A stretch of 40,721 bases of DNA from an uncultured Pseudorhodobacter sp. (GTDB taxonomy: Bacteria > Pseudomonadota > Alphaproteobacteria > Rhodobacterales > Rhodobacteraceae). Numbering within the stretch: position 1 is the first letter of the stretch; every line of letters begins with the position of its first letter. The position numbers were made by a program, and so were the translations under genes. The notes under the pieces were generated by a model that saw only the letters and a list, made by a program, of their open reading frames with translations, ran no database searches and was not told where the DNA came from. Positions 1 to 9,244 of this stretch are shown here, one piece after another. Location: NCBI GenBank assembly GCA_937910975.1, contig CALEMZ010000459.1, forward strand, positions 1 to 40,721, read 5' to 3'.

Positions 1-180
1 GGCGCCAAAGATCGAGGTCACATGCACGCGGCTGTCGCAGCACGAAATCACCATCGCGCGCGGGTGTTGCCCCGATTCCGCCAGCCGCCGATACCAGGCC
101 TTGTTGTCGGAATAGGTTGTGGCCTTCCATCCATGATAGCGCTGGATCAGATAGGTGGGCAGCAATCTGGCATGGTTCAA
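1..180 (-). CDS. Beta-class carbonic anhydrase, 5' part (runs off window edge); not in ORF track
   Basis: Manual translation from TTG at 180: MNHARLLPTYLIQRYHGWKATTYSDNKAWYRRLAESGQHPRAMVISCCDSRVHVTSIFGA. GQxP...CxDSRV is the beta-CA Zn motif. AGGAG RBS lies just upstream. Confidence 0.9.
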   Translation of the reverse strand, partial: MNHARLLPTYLIQRYHGWKATTYSDNKAWYRRLAESGQHPRAMVISCCDSRVHVTSIFGA

Positions 181-315
181 ATGGAAACTCCTTTTTGCAT
201 GCCCGTCTCGTAAAGCAGTTTACGAAAATTAGAGCGGTTTCCTGTGCGGACGGCAACCTTTTCTTCAATACCTCTGGCCAGACTGGCGCCGGGTGTGAAT
301 GGAGGGACGGGTGAC

Positions 316-699
316 ATGACAGCGACAATAATGGAATTTCGACCGAAGGACAGGATCTATCAGGACGTGGAGCCGATTGCGTTGATTTATCGCTCCATGG
401 GCACGGCTGCGGCGGAAGAGGTGGTGGCCCGCGCGCTGGGGGAATTGGCGCTGACCATGTCCGGGCTTGCTGATCAGGTGCGCGGCAATAACACGCTGGA
501 TATTGGGCGCCAATTGCGGCGGTTGGGGCGGATGTCGGAACAGTTGGGGCTGGTCAGCCTCGGCACGGTTGCAAATGATGCGCGCAACTGTATCGACAGC
601 GGCGATGTGATGGCCTTTGCGGCGGTCTGGGCGCGGCTGATCCGGGTGGCGGAATCCTCGCTGGCCACGGATAGTGGCGCGCTGGATCAGCAACGGTAG
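316..699 (+). CDS. Hypothetical all-helical protein, HPt-like pattern but with no histidine
   Basis: ATG 316 follows GGAGG; 127 aa; LRRLGRMSEQLGLVSLGTVA resembles the HPt core pattern (H-x-L-K-G-x-S-x-x-L-G). Confidence 0.6.
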   Translation: MTATIMEFRPKDRIYQDVEPIALIYRSMGTAAAEEVVARALGELALTMSGLADQVRGNNTLDIGRQLRRLGRMSEQLGLVSLGTVANDARNCIDSGDVMAFAAVWARLIRVAESSLATDSGALDQQR

Positions 700-814
700 G
701 GCAGGCGCGGCACCTACCGCAAAGATTTCGCGCCGTACCGGTGATTTGGGGTTTAAGGCCCAAACAAAAACACCGTAGGCTTGCCATAATCATCCGTTGC
801 ATGGAGCCTACCTT

Positions 815-2206
815 ATGCCCGAATTCGCCCCTGCCGATGCTACATCACGTCCGCTTCATATCGTGGCCGAACCCGCGTTGGAGAAATGGATTGCGACGCA
901 GCCGCCTGCGGTTGGGGCTTGGCTGGCGGCCACCGGGTTCAAGGCCGCACTGGGTGAGGTTCGGCTGCTACCCGATGCGCAGGGCAATGTTACGGCAGCG
1001 GTTATCGGTTATGGCTCTGCCGCCGCGCGTGTCCGTACCAGCTTTGGCCTTGCCCCAGCCGCCACGGCGTTGCCCTCGGGCGATTGGCACTTTGAGGGCC
1101 CGCTGTCGGTGGCGGAGCGGGAGGAGGCCGTGTTGGCCTGGCACCTAGGCCAGTACCGGTTTGACAATTATCGCCCCAGCAACAAGCCCGCAGCCCTTCC
1201 CCGGCTCAAAGCCCCCGAAGGCATTGATGCTGCGCGGCTGACCATTATCGCCGAAGGCGAATGCCTGACGCGCGACCTGATCAACACCCCCGCTTCCGAT
1301 CTGGGTCCGGATGAGCTGGAAGTCGCGTTTCGCATGCTCGCCAGTCGCCATGAGGCCGAAGTGAAGGTGACGCGCGGCGATGAGTTGTTGGTGCAGAACT
1401 TTCCGATGATCCACGCGGTGGGCCGTGCCTCCGCGCGCGCGCCACGCTTGCTGGATATGCGCTGGGGCGATGCGGGGCCGCAATTGGTGCTGGTGGGCAA
1501 GGGCGTGTGTTTTGATACGGGTGGACTTGATATCAAACCTGCCTCGGGCATGCTGCTGATGAAAAAGGATATGGGGGGGGCGGCGACCGTGCTGGGCCTT
1601 GCACATATGATTATGGCGCTGGGGCTGAAGCTGCGGTTGCGCGTGCTGATTCCGGCGGTAGAGAATGCGATCTCCGGCACGGCGATGCGCCCGCGAGACA
1701 TCTTGACCTCGCGCAAGGGCCTGACGGTGGAGGTGAATAATACCGATGCCGAAGGGCGGCTGGTTCTGGCTGATGCACTGGCACTGGCGGATGAGGGAGA
1801 GGCCGATCTGGTGATCTCCATGGCTACGCTGACGGGCGCGGCGCGGGTGGCTGTGGGGCCGGACCTCGCGCCGTTTTTCACTGATGATGAAGGCTTCGCG
1901 ACGGCCTTGGCGCAGGCGGGGACGCAGGTGCGCGACCCGCTGTGGCGCCTGCCGCTTTGGCCAGGGTATGAGGCGATGATTGAACCAGGCATTGCCGATC
2001 TGGACAATGCGCCTGCGGGCGGGTTTGCCGGTGCCACCACTGCAGCACTGTTCCTGCGACGCTTTATCGATAATCCGCGCTATGTGCATTTCGATATATA
2101 TGGCCACCAACCTACCGCCGCCCCGGCCCGGCCCAAAGGCGGGGCTGGCCAAGGCGCGCGTGCGGTGCTGGCTGCCTTGCCGCAGATGCTGGGGGTTACG
2201 TTATGA
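815..2206 (+). CDS. Leucyl aminopeptidase, M17 family (PepB-like)
   Basis: VGKGVCFDTGG, MKKDMGGAA and NTDAEGRL metal-binding motifs; GGAG RBS before ATG 815. Confidence 0.93.
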   Translation: MPEFAPADATSRPLHIVAEPALEKWIATQPPAVGAWLAATGFKAALGEVRLLPDAQGNVTAAVIGYGSAAARVRTSFGLAPAATALPSGDWHFEGPLSVAEREEAVLAWHLGQYRFDNYRPSNKPAALPRLKAPEGIDAARLTIIAEGECLTRDLINTPASDLGPDELEVAFRMLASRHEAEVKVTRGDELLVQNFPMIHAVGRASARAPRLLDMRWGDAGPQLVLVGKGVCFDTGGLDIKPASGMLLMKKDMGGAATVLGLAHMIMALGLKLRLRVLIPAVENAISGTAMRPRDILTSRKGLTVEVNNTDAEGRLVLADALALADEGEADLVISMATLTGAARVAVGPDLAPFFTDDEGFATALAQAGTQVRDPLWRLPLWPGYEAMIEPGIADLDNAPAGGFAGATTAALFLRRFIDNPRYVHFDIYGHQPTAAPARPKGGAGQGARAVLAALPQMLGVTL

Positions 2207-3024
2207 GCGACCGCCGCCTGACTTTCGCCAACGCGCGCGTGGCGCATTTTTCGCTGCAAGGGCAGGTGGAGGCACCAAGCTATGCCGATGTCACACCCTA
2301 TGAGGTTGCCGTACCTTTGGCTGACCTGCTGCGCGAACCCGGCGGCGTGCGGGAGCGGCAACTTTTGCTTGGTGATGGGTTTGAGGTGATTGAGGAAATT
2401 GACGGCTTTGCCTTTGGCCGCAGCACCAAGGATGGTTATTGCGGCTATCTGCCAGAAAGCGCGCTATGTGAGCCGACAAGGGTCAGCCATTGGCTTTCCG
2501 CACCTGCGAGCCATCTTTATTCCGAGCCGCGCGCGCAGGCCCCGCAAACGGTTGGCATCAGCTTTGGCAGCCGTTTGCGGGTGCTGGGCCAAACCGGCGC
2601 CTTTGCGGAAACGCCGCATGGCTTTGTGCCCGCCGGGCATCTGCACATTCTTGGCAGTTGGTATGACGACCCGGTAGAGGTGGCGGGGCTGTTTTTGGGC
2701 ACACCGTACCTATGGGGCGGTAACAGCCATTCCGGCGTAGATTGTTCGGGGCTGGTGCAACTTTCGCTCTTGGCTTGCGGGCAGGCTTGCCCCGGCGACA
2801 GCGATTTGCAGCAGACCCTGGGGCAGCAGGTGCCGGAAGGCGAGCCACTGCAACGCGGTGATCTTCTGTTTTGGAAGGGCCATGTGGGCATGATGGTCGA
2901 TGCGCAGCAAATGGTTCATGCCACCGGGCACTTTATGGCCACGGTAATAGAGCCGGTGGCGGAGGCGATTGCCCGCATTCGTGACCTGGCCGGGCTGGAA
3001 GTTATCGCGCAGCGGCGGATTTAG
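2203..3024 (+). CDS. NlpC/P60 (C40) peptidase with SH3-like N-terminus
   Basis: PYLWGG, DCSGLV catalytic Cys, GDLLFWKGHVG; ATGA overlap with the aminopeptidase gene. Confidence 0.92.
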   Translation: MSDRRLTFANARVAHFSLQGQVEAPSYADVTPYEVAVPLADLLREPGGVRERQLLLGDGFEVIEEIDGFAFGRSTKDGYCGYLPESALCEPTRVSHWLSAPASHLYSEPRAQAPQTVGISFGSRLRVLGQTGAFAETPHGFVPAGHLHILGSWYDDPVEVAGLFLGTPYLWGGNSHSGVDCSGLVQLSLLACGQACPGDSDLQQTLGQQVPEGEPLQRGDLLFWKGHVGMMVDAQQMVHATGHFMATVIEPVAEAIARIRDLAGLEVIAQRRI

Positions 3025-3629
3025 GGCGTTAGCCCGCGCAGCATCAGATCGAGGTGCGAGCGGATATATCGCTCCTTGTCCAAGGGCGCGAGGTTGCCAA
3101 AGATCAGCCCGTAGACCACTGAAAACACCGCTGGGGCCATGATCACCTTCAGGTCCATCGTTTGCGCTTCGGCCCGTACCTCGCCGCGCGCGATGCCTTT
3201 TGCGACCAATTGTCCCAACACCGTCTCAATTGAATGGAGCATGTTGTCGCGCAAGAACGCGGCCATTGCGGGAAAGCGCCCGCCTTCGGCAATCAGCACC
3301 CGGATCAACACGGCGGCATCGGTGCCAACTATGCGGTCATAATAATTGCGCAGAACCCGTTCCAGAAGGGCCGGAAACGGCGCGTCGACGGTCAGAATAT
3401 CCTGCGCTCTGGCCAACATACCGCCAAGACGGTCCTGTATAGCGGCGTCAAAAAGTGCTGATTTATCGGGATAATAGAGGTAAACCGTGGGCCGCGCGAT
3501 ACCCGCTCGCGTAGCGATGCTGCCCATGCTGGCCCCGGCAAAGCCTTTTTCGCCAAACTCCGCCAGCGCCGCCGTGATGATCTCTTCGGGGCGTGCCTCT
3601 TTGCGGCGTTGGTGTTTTGGGTCGCTCAT
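3021..3629 (-). CDS. TetR/AcrR family regulator, divergent from the DevBCA-type exporter
   Basis: Likely start MSDPKHQRRK at 3629; HTH AALAEFGEKGF...IATRAGIARPTVYLYY. The longer 439-aa ORF is an antisense extension over the HlyD gene. Confidence 0.92.
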   Translation of the reverse strand: MSDPKHQRRKEARPEEIITAALAEFGEKGFAGASMGSIATRAGIARPTVYLYYPDKSALFDAAIQDRLGGMLARAQDILTVDAPFPALLERVLRNYYDRIVGTDAAVLIRVLIAEGGRFPAMAAFLRDNMLHSIETVLGQLVAKGIARGEVRAEAQTMDLKVIMAPAVFSVVYGLIFGNLAPLDKERYIRSHLDLMLRGLTP

Positions 3630-3653
3630 GTCTATGCCCTTGCCTTTATCGGT

Positions 3654-3677
3654 GTTACTGACATACATGTCAGTAAC
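3654..3677. promoter_or_regulatory. TetR operator palindrome
   Basis: Perfect 11-bp inverted repeat GTTACTGACAT-AC-ATGTCAGTAAC in the 70-bp gap between divergent tetR and hlyD starts. Confidence 0.85.
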
Positions 3678-3699
3678 TGTCGAGGCCAAAGGAAAACCG

Positions 3700-4920
3700 A
3701 TGAGCGCAGATGCGTCAAAGCCTAAACCAGACCTGCCGCAGTTGGACAACGGCGCCGCGCGGGGCCAGCCTTTGCGAGCAGCGACAAAGCCCAGGTCAAA
3801 GCTGTGGCTGGTGCCACTGCTCATGTTGACGCTGTTCACCGGGGCGGTGATAGGCATGTATTTCCAGCCTCCCGGCTTGCGCGTTTTTTTTAGCGCCACT
3901 GGTCTGCAACCGGGTGCAGGCACCGATACCCCCATCGCCGTGGCCATCCAGAAAGTGCAGGCGCAAGAAGAGATTGCCGTGGTCAGCGAAGGTGATGTGG
4001 TGGCGTTGGGCCGGATCATTCCCAAGGGTGATGTGATCAGCGTGGCTACGCCCTCCGGGGCAGGCGATGCGCGGATCGCGGAGATGCGCGTGACCGAGGG
4101 GACGCAAGTGCAAGGCGGCGATATTTTGGCAGTACTCGACAATCTGCCCCAGCTTGAGAATGGCGTGGCGACCGCCAAGGCCACTATTGCGGTGCGCGAA
4201 GCCGCTCTCGCGCAAACCGTAGCCACTGTCCGCGCCAGCCGTGAGGAGGCACAGGCAGCACTGGAGCGCGCCGAGGCCACAGCGCTCGCCGCGCAATCCG
4301 AGATGGAGCGCGTGACCTCACTCTTTGAACGCGGCGTCACGACCCGCGCCGATCTTGATCAGATTGTCGCACGCGCGAGCGAGGCGGGCCGCGATGTGGA
4401 GCGCGGCATTGCCACTCTATCGCGCTTTCAAACCGGCACCGATGCGACCCAAGCCGATATCGCGCTGGCCGAGGCCAATCTGGCTGCGGCCAAAGTGGAT
4501 CTGACCCGTGCCACCCAAGACATGGAGCGTGCCTATGTCCGCTCTCCCATCGCGGGTACGGTGCTGAATATCACCGCACGCGCTGGCGAACGCCCCGGCA
4601 GCGCGGGGATCATCTCGCTTGGTGATACTTCGCAAATGACCGTGGAAGTGGAGGTTTACCAGACGCTAATTGGCCGCGTGGCGATTGGTGATCCGGTAAC
4701 GATCACCGCCGATGCGCTGACAGGCACGCTTTTGGGCAGCGTCACCGCCATCGGGCTGGAGATCGGTCGCCAATCCATTACCACCGATGAACCCGCCGCC
4801 AACACCGACGCCCGCGTGGTGGATGTGATCGTGACGCTGGACGCGGCCTCCTCGGCCCGCGCGCAAAGCTTTACCAATCTGGAAACATTGGTGCGAATTG
4901 ATGCGGGCCGCACGGAATGA
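3700..4920 (+). CDS. HlyD-family membrane fusion protein (DevB-like)
   Basis: N-terminal TM helix, lipoyl-like halves (VTEGTQVQGGDILA / VRSPIAGTV), helical hairpin, DARVVDV typical of DevB. Confidence 0.88.
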   Translation: MSADASKPKPDLPQLDNGAARGQPLRAATKPRSKLWLVPLLMLTLFTGAVIGMYFQPPGLRVFFSATGLQPGAGTDTPIAVAIQKVQAQEEIAVVSEGDVVALGRIIPKGDVISVATPSGAGDARIAEMRVTEGTQVQGGDILAVLDNLPQLENGVATAKATIAVREAALAQTVATVRASREEAQAALERAEATALAAQSEMERVTSLFERGVTTRADLDQIVARASEAGRDVERGIATLSRFQTGTDATQADIALAEANLAAAKVDLTRATQDMERAYVRSPIAGTVLNITARAGERPGSAGIISLGDTSQMTVEVEVYQTLIGRVAIGDPVTITADALTGTLLGSVTAIGLEIGRQSITTDEPAANTDARVVDVIVTLDAASSARAQSFTNLETLVRIDAGRTE

Positions 4921-6092
4921 GCCGCCTTCTGACCCTTCTTTTTGGACGCCTGCCGATTGGCTGGTTGCAACTGTCGCATAACAAGACGCGGTTGGCGGCA
5001 GCGGTGGCGGGCGTGGCTTTTGCCAATCTTTTGGTGTTCATGCAGTTAGGGATTTTGGGGGCGCTGAACGTGGCGACGGTTGCACCCTACGCCCTGCTGC
5101 GCAGCGATATTATGATCTCAGCCGAAGATACGCACACCCTGACTGACGGCAGCAATATTGCCCGCGCGTGGATGTTTCAGGCGCTGGGCGTGCCGGGGGT
5201 TCGGGCCGCGATGCCGCTTTACGTGGGCAATCTGGAGTTTAAGCTGACGGATGGCTCGTCCTCGACCTTGCAGACCTTTGGGCTGGATGTGGCGCAGCCG
5301 GATTTTGCCGCGCCCGCCATAGCTGCGCAGCTTAATGGGCTGGAGGTGGAAAACACAGCGATTCTGGACACCAAGGCGCGGGGCATCCCGCCAGAGGCCT
5401 TTGACGGGTTGCGCGCTGGTGAACCGTTTTCCTTTGAGGTGAATGGCCAGACCCTAACCGCGATGGCGGGCATTGAGGTAGGCGGCGGCTTTACCGCCGA
5501 TGGCACGCTGATCGTTTCCGATCAGACCTTTTTGCGGTTCTTTGGCAAACGCAGCAGCGGCGCGCCGAACCATATTCTGTTACAAGTAGATGACGGGGTT
5601 TCGGTGGAGGTTGTGGTGGACCGGATACGCGCGGCAATCAGCACCGATAGTGTAATCGTGCGCAGTATGCAGGCGGCGGCCGCGGCCGACCGAACCTACC
5701 AGACAACCGAGCGGCCCACGGGCATCATCTTTGGCTTTGGCGTGCTGATCGGGCTGATCGTGGGGATTGTGATTGTCTACCAGGTGCTCTCCACCGATGT
5801 GGCCGACCATCTGCGCGAATATGCAACATTCAAGGCGATGGGCTATGGCCACCGTTTCTTTCTGGGGATCGTGTTTGAGGAGGCAATCGTGCTGGCGTTT
5901 TTTGGGTTCATTCCCGGCTTTCTGGTGTCTCTGGGGCTTTATGCCGGGCTGCGCGCAGCCTCTGGCTTGCCGGTGGAAATGGATGCGACGCGGGCGGTCG
6001 TGGTGTTGATCGGCACGCTGGTGGCCTGCTCTATTTCGGGCGCCATTGCTACGCGCAGGCTGGCGGCGGCTGACCCGGCGGATCTGTTTTAA
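4917..6092 (+). CDS. ABC transporter permease, DevC/FtsX-like
   Basis: GWLQLSHNKTRL...GVAFANLLVFMQLG; YQVLSTDVADHLREYATFKAMGY; ends ADPADLF. Confidence 0.9.
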   Translation: MSRLLTLLFGRLPIGWLQLSHNKTRLAAAVAGVAFANLLVFMQLGILGALNVATVAPYALLRSDIMISAEDTHTLTDGSNIARAWMFQALGVPGVRAAMPLYVGNLEFKLTDGSSSTLQTFGLDVAQPDFAAPAIAAQLNGLEVENTAILDTKARGIPPEAFDGLRAGEPFSFEVNGQTLTAMAGIEVGGGFTADGTLIVSDQTFLRFFGKRSSGAPNHILLQVDDGVSVEVVVDRIRAAISTDSVIVRSMQAAAAADRTYQTTERPTGIIFGFGVLIGLIVGIVIVYQVLSTDVADHLREYATFKAMGYGHRFFLGIVFEEAIVLAFFGFIPGFLVSLGLYAGLRAASGLPVEMDATRAVVVLIGTLVACSISGAIATRRLAAADPADLF

Positions 6093-6784
6093 TGGTGGAC
6101 GAAGCCCCGATCATCGCCACCGGCCTGAACCATTTCTTTGGAACAGGCGAGGCGCGCAAACAGGCAATCTTTGATCTGAACCTGACCATCAAGCGCGGCA
6201 GTCTTAACTTTTTGATGGGGCCTTCCGGGTCGGGAAAAACCACGGTGCTGACGCTGATGGGCTGTTTGCGCGAGGTGCAGGAAGGCTCTGTGCATCTTCT
6301 CGGCCATGAGTTGTATGGCGCGGGAGAGGCACGGCAGGTGTTGCTGCGCCGTCGTTTGGGCTTCATCTTTCAGGCGCATAACTTACATGAAAGCCTGAGT
6401 GCCACGCAAAATGTGTTGATGGGTTTACAGGTGCATGGGCAGGGCAGCGCCCGCAAACAAATGGAAGCCGCGCAACATATGCTGGGGCTTGTGGGGCTGG
6501 CGGACCGGATGGATTACCTGCCCGCCAAGCTTTCGGGCGGGCAAAAGCAGCGGGTCGCTGTGGCCCGCGCGTTGGTCGCCAACCCCGAAATCGTCTTTGC
6601 CGACGAACCCACTGCCGCTTTGGACAAGAAATCCGGCCGCACGGTGGTGGAGATGCTTAAGGCCTTGGGCCAGACGCGCGGGGTGACGACAGTGATGGTG
6701 ACGCATGATAACCGGATCATGGAGCTTGCCGACCGGATCATTACGATGGAAGAGGGCAGGGTTATCAGCGATAACGCCCCCTAG
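6092..6784 (+). CDS. ABC transporter ATP-binding protein, DevA-like
   Basis: Walker A GPSGSGKT, LSGGQKQR signature, FADEPT Walker B, VTHD. Confidence 0.93.
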   Translation: MVDEAPIIATGLNHFFGTGEARKQAIFDLNLTIKRGSLNFLMGPSGSGKTTVLTLMGCLREVQEGSVHLLGHELYGAGEARQVLLRRRLGFIFQAHNLHESLSATQNVLMGLQVHGQGSARKQMEAAQHMLGLVGLADRMDYLPAKLSGGQKQRVAVARALVANPEIVFADEPTAALDKKSGRTVVEMLKALGQTRGVTTVMVTHDNRIMELADRIITMEEGRVISDNAP

Positions 6785-7521
6785 ATGCACCGCCCGCCAT
6801 CCACCTCCATAGCCACGCCCGTAATCATGCTCGCCTCGTCCGAGCACAGAAAGCATGCAGCATTGCCCATATCTTCGGGCGTCGAGAACCGGCCCAAGGG
6901 GATGGTGGCAAGAAACTTCGCGCGCATTTGGGGCGTATCCTCGCCCATGAAACTGGCAAGAAGGGGCGTTTCGCCTGCCACCGGGTTGATCGCATTGACG
7001 CGGATGCCATGCGGGGCCAACTCCACCGCCATGGCCTTGGTTGCCGTGATCATCCAGCCTTTGGAGGCGTTGTACCAATTCAGCCGCGGCCGGGGGGAGA
7101 CGCCTGCGGTAGAGGCCACATTCAAGATCACCCCACGCCCTGCGGCCTTCATCAAAGGCACCAGATGCCGGGCGCTCAGATAAACTGACTTGGCATTTAC
7201 CGCTAAAACACGGTCAAACTCCTCCTCGGTTACGTCTTCCATCGGTTGCGGCAGATGGGTTATGCCAGCGTTGTTGACAAAAATATCAATGCGGCCATGG
7301 GTGGCATGGGCCTCGGCGATCATCGCGGCCACGCTGCTATTTTGCGCCACATCGACGCCCGCCCAATGCCCGCCAATCCGCATAGCTACGTCTTGAGCTG
7401 CGGTCTCATTGATATCCGCCACGATCACGGTTGCCCCTTCGGCAGCAAATTTCGCAGCGATCCCCGCGCCAAAGCCAGAGCCGCCCCCTGTGATAATTGC
7501 CAGTTTTTGTGCCAGACGCAT
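6781..7521 (-). CDS. Short-chain dehydrogenase/reductase (FabG-like)
   Basis: TGGGSGFG, NNAG, YNASK catalytic motif; AAGGA RBS before MRLAQK. Confidence 0.92.
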   Translation of the reverse strand: MRLAQKLAIITGGGSGFGAGIAAKFAAEGATVIVADINETAAQDVAMRIGGHWAGVDVAQNSSVAAMIAEAHATHGRIDIFVNNAGITHLPQPMEDVTEEEFDRVLAVNAKSVYLSARHLVPLMKAAGRGVILNVASTAGVSPRPRLNWYNASKGWMITATKAMAVELAPHGIRVNAINPVAGETPLLASFMGEDTPQMRAKFLATIPLGRFSTPEDMGNAACFLCSDEASMITGVAMEVDGGRCI

Positions 7522-7565
7522 CGCCCATTCCTTCATTGTTGCGATGTCAGCATGCGCTGGATTTC

Positions 7566-7587
7566 AGTATTTTTGCAAAGATGAAAT
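7566..7587 (+). repeat. Intergenic repeat tail, copy 1
   Basis: AGTATTTTTGCAAAGATGAAAT, 21/22 identical to 12335-12356. Confidence 0.7.
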
Positions 7588-7746
7588 TGCATGGGCTTGT
7601 GCCGGAACGCCAAACGCGGCATGAAAATTGCAGTAGCGATGGCGTCGCTGCGGGGCAGGCTTGGCTGGCCCATTCTTTTTCGTCCTGTACGCCGGGGCCT
7701 TTCGGGGTTCAGGCCAGTGCCAACCCCTTGAACATGAGGTCTGACG

Positions 7747-8970
7747 ATGACGCTTACCCGCCCTGAACAGTATCGTTTTCACAATGGCTCCAAAGACGCG
7801 ATGCCCTTTGCGCCGGAAGAATATGAAGAGCGCCTTGCCGGGCTGCGCGACATCATGGAGATGCACGGGCTGGATGCCATTGTGCTGACCTCCATGCACA
7901 ATGTCGCCTATTATTCGGGCTTCCTTTATTGCTCCTTTGGGCGGCCCTATGCCTGTGTGGTGACGGCCAGCCAATGCGTGACGGTGAGTGCGGGGATTGA
8001 TGCGGGCCAGCCGTGGCGGCGGTCGATTGGCGATAACATCACCTATACCGATTGGCAGCGCGACAATTTTTGGCGTGTGGTGGCGGGTGTTGTCGGCAAC
8101 GGCAAATCCGTGGGGTGTGAGGGCGATCACCTGACGTTGGTGCAGTCGGAAAAGCTGAACCATTTTCTGAAACCCACACGCGGGATGGATATAGCGCCCG
8201 CCACCATGCAGCAGCGCATGACCAAATCGGAGGCCGAGATTGATCTGATCCGCCACGGTGCGCAGGTGGCCGATGTGGGGGGCTATGCGATCCGCGATTG
8301 CTTGATTGCGGGCAAGGGCAAAAAACTGCGCGAGATTGATGTCGCCATGGCGGGGCGCGATGCGATGGAAGCGGAGATTGCCAAGCGGTTTCCCGATGCC
8401 GAGTACCGTGACACCTGGGTCTGGTTCCAATCGGGGCTGAACACGGATGGCGCGCATAACCCGGTGACGGGGCGGGTGCTGCAGCAGGGCGATATCCTGA
8501 GCCTCAACTGTTTTCCGATGATCTCGGGCTATTACACCGCGCTTGAACGCACGATGTTTCTGGGTTCGGTCGATGCGGCGAGCCTGAAGATCTGGGAGGC
8601 GAATGTGGCTGCGCATGAATATGGGATGTCGCTGCTCAAGCCCGGTGCCACCTGTTCGGGCGTGACCGCGCAGATCAACGATTTCCTCGCGGAGCGCGAC
8701 CTGCTGCAATATCGCACCTTTGGCTATGGCCATTCCTTCGGTATCTTGTCGCATTTCTATGGTCGCGAGGCCGGGCTGGAGCTGCGTGAGGATATTGATA
8801 CGGAGCTGGAGCCGGGCATGGTCATCTCCATGGAGCCGATGCTGACGCTTGCCGATGGCCAGCCGGGGGCCGGGGGCTACCGCGAGCATGATATCTTTGT
8901 CATCACCGAGGATGGCAATGAAAACATCACCGCCTATCCTTATGGGCCGGAGTTCAATGTGGTGGGGTGA
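7747..8970 (+). CDS. Creatinase (creatine amidinohydrolase, M24 fold)
   Basis: FHNGSK, SFGRPY, TDGAHNPV, GYYTALERT, YGHSFG, GREAGLELRED motifs match creatinase rather than a metal-dependent aminopeptidase P. Confidence 0.88.
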   Translation: MTLTRPEQYRFHNGSKDAMPFAPEEYEERLAGLRDIMEMHGLDAIVLTSMHNVAYYSGFLYCSFGRPYACVVTASQCVTVSAGIDAGQPWRRSIGDNITYTDWQRDNFWRVVAGVVGNGKSVGCEGDHLTLVQSEKLNHFLKPTRGMDIAPATMQQRMTKSEAEIDLIRHGAQVADVGGYAIRDCLIAGKGKKLREIDVAMAGRDAMEAEIAKRFPDAEYRDTWVWFQSGLNTDGAHNPVTGRVLQQGDILSLNCFPMISGYYTALERTMFLGSVDAASLKIWEANVAAHEYGMSLLKPGATCSGVTAQINDFLAERDLLQYRTFGYGHSFGILSHFYGREAGLELREDIDTELEPGMVISMEPMLTLADGQPGAGGYREHDIFVITEDGNENITAYPYGPEFNVVG

Positions 8971-9244
8971 GGCCCACCGGTGGGGGCGGCCGCATTAAAC
9001 TGAGCCGTTACACGGGTTTTGCGGTCGATTCTGCTGGTGCCGACTATCTGTAAACAAATAGCATCGGTGTGAATGCAACGTTTCCGACTCCTCGGGCAGA
9101 TGCTTCAAACTGCCTCCACAGGCGCAAGAATGGCCCCCAAGTGCAACGCTTGGAGGCTTTTCTGCCCGAGGCGCGCCCTGAGTCTTGACGTGACCGCGCA
9201 GAAGTGGCGGTTCTGCGGCAACAGCCTTAACAAAGAGATGCATC

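Noticed and set aside
3630-4340. Apparent 439-aa TetR with a long N-terminal extension
   Set aside because: The extension is antisense to the HlyD gene and crosses the operator; the HTH begins at the Met at 3629.
7564-8889. Long antisense ORFs (also 12350-13648, 18594-19772, 22540-23880, 23940-25076)
   Set aside because: Shadow frames of well-supported genes, expected in high-GC DNA; no motifs.
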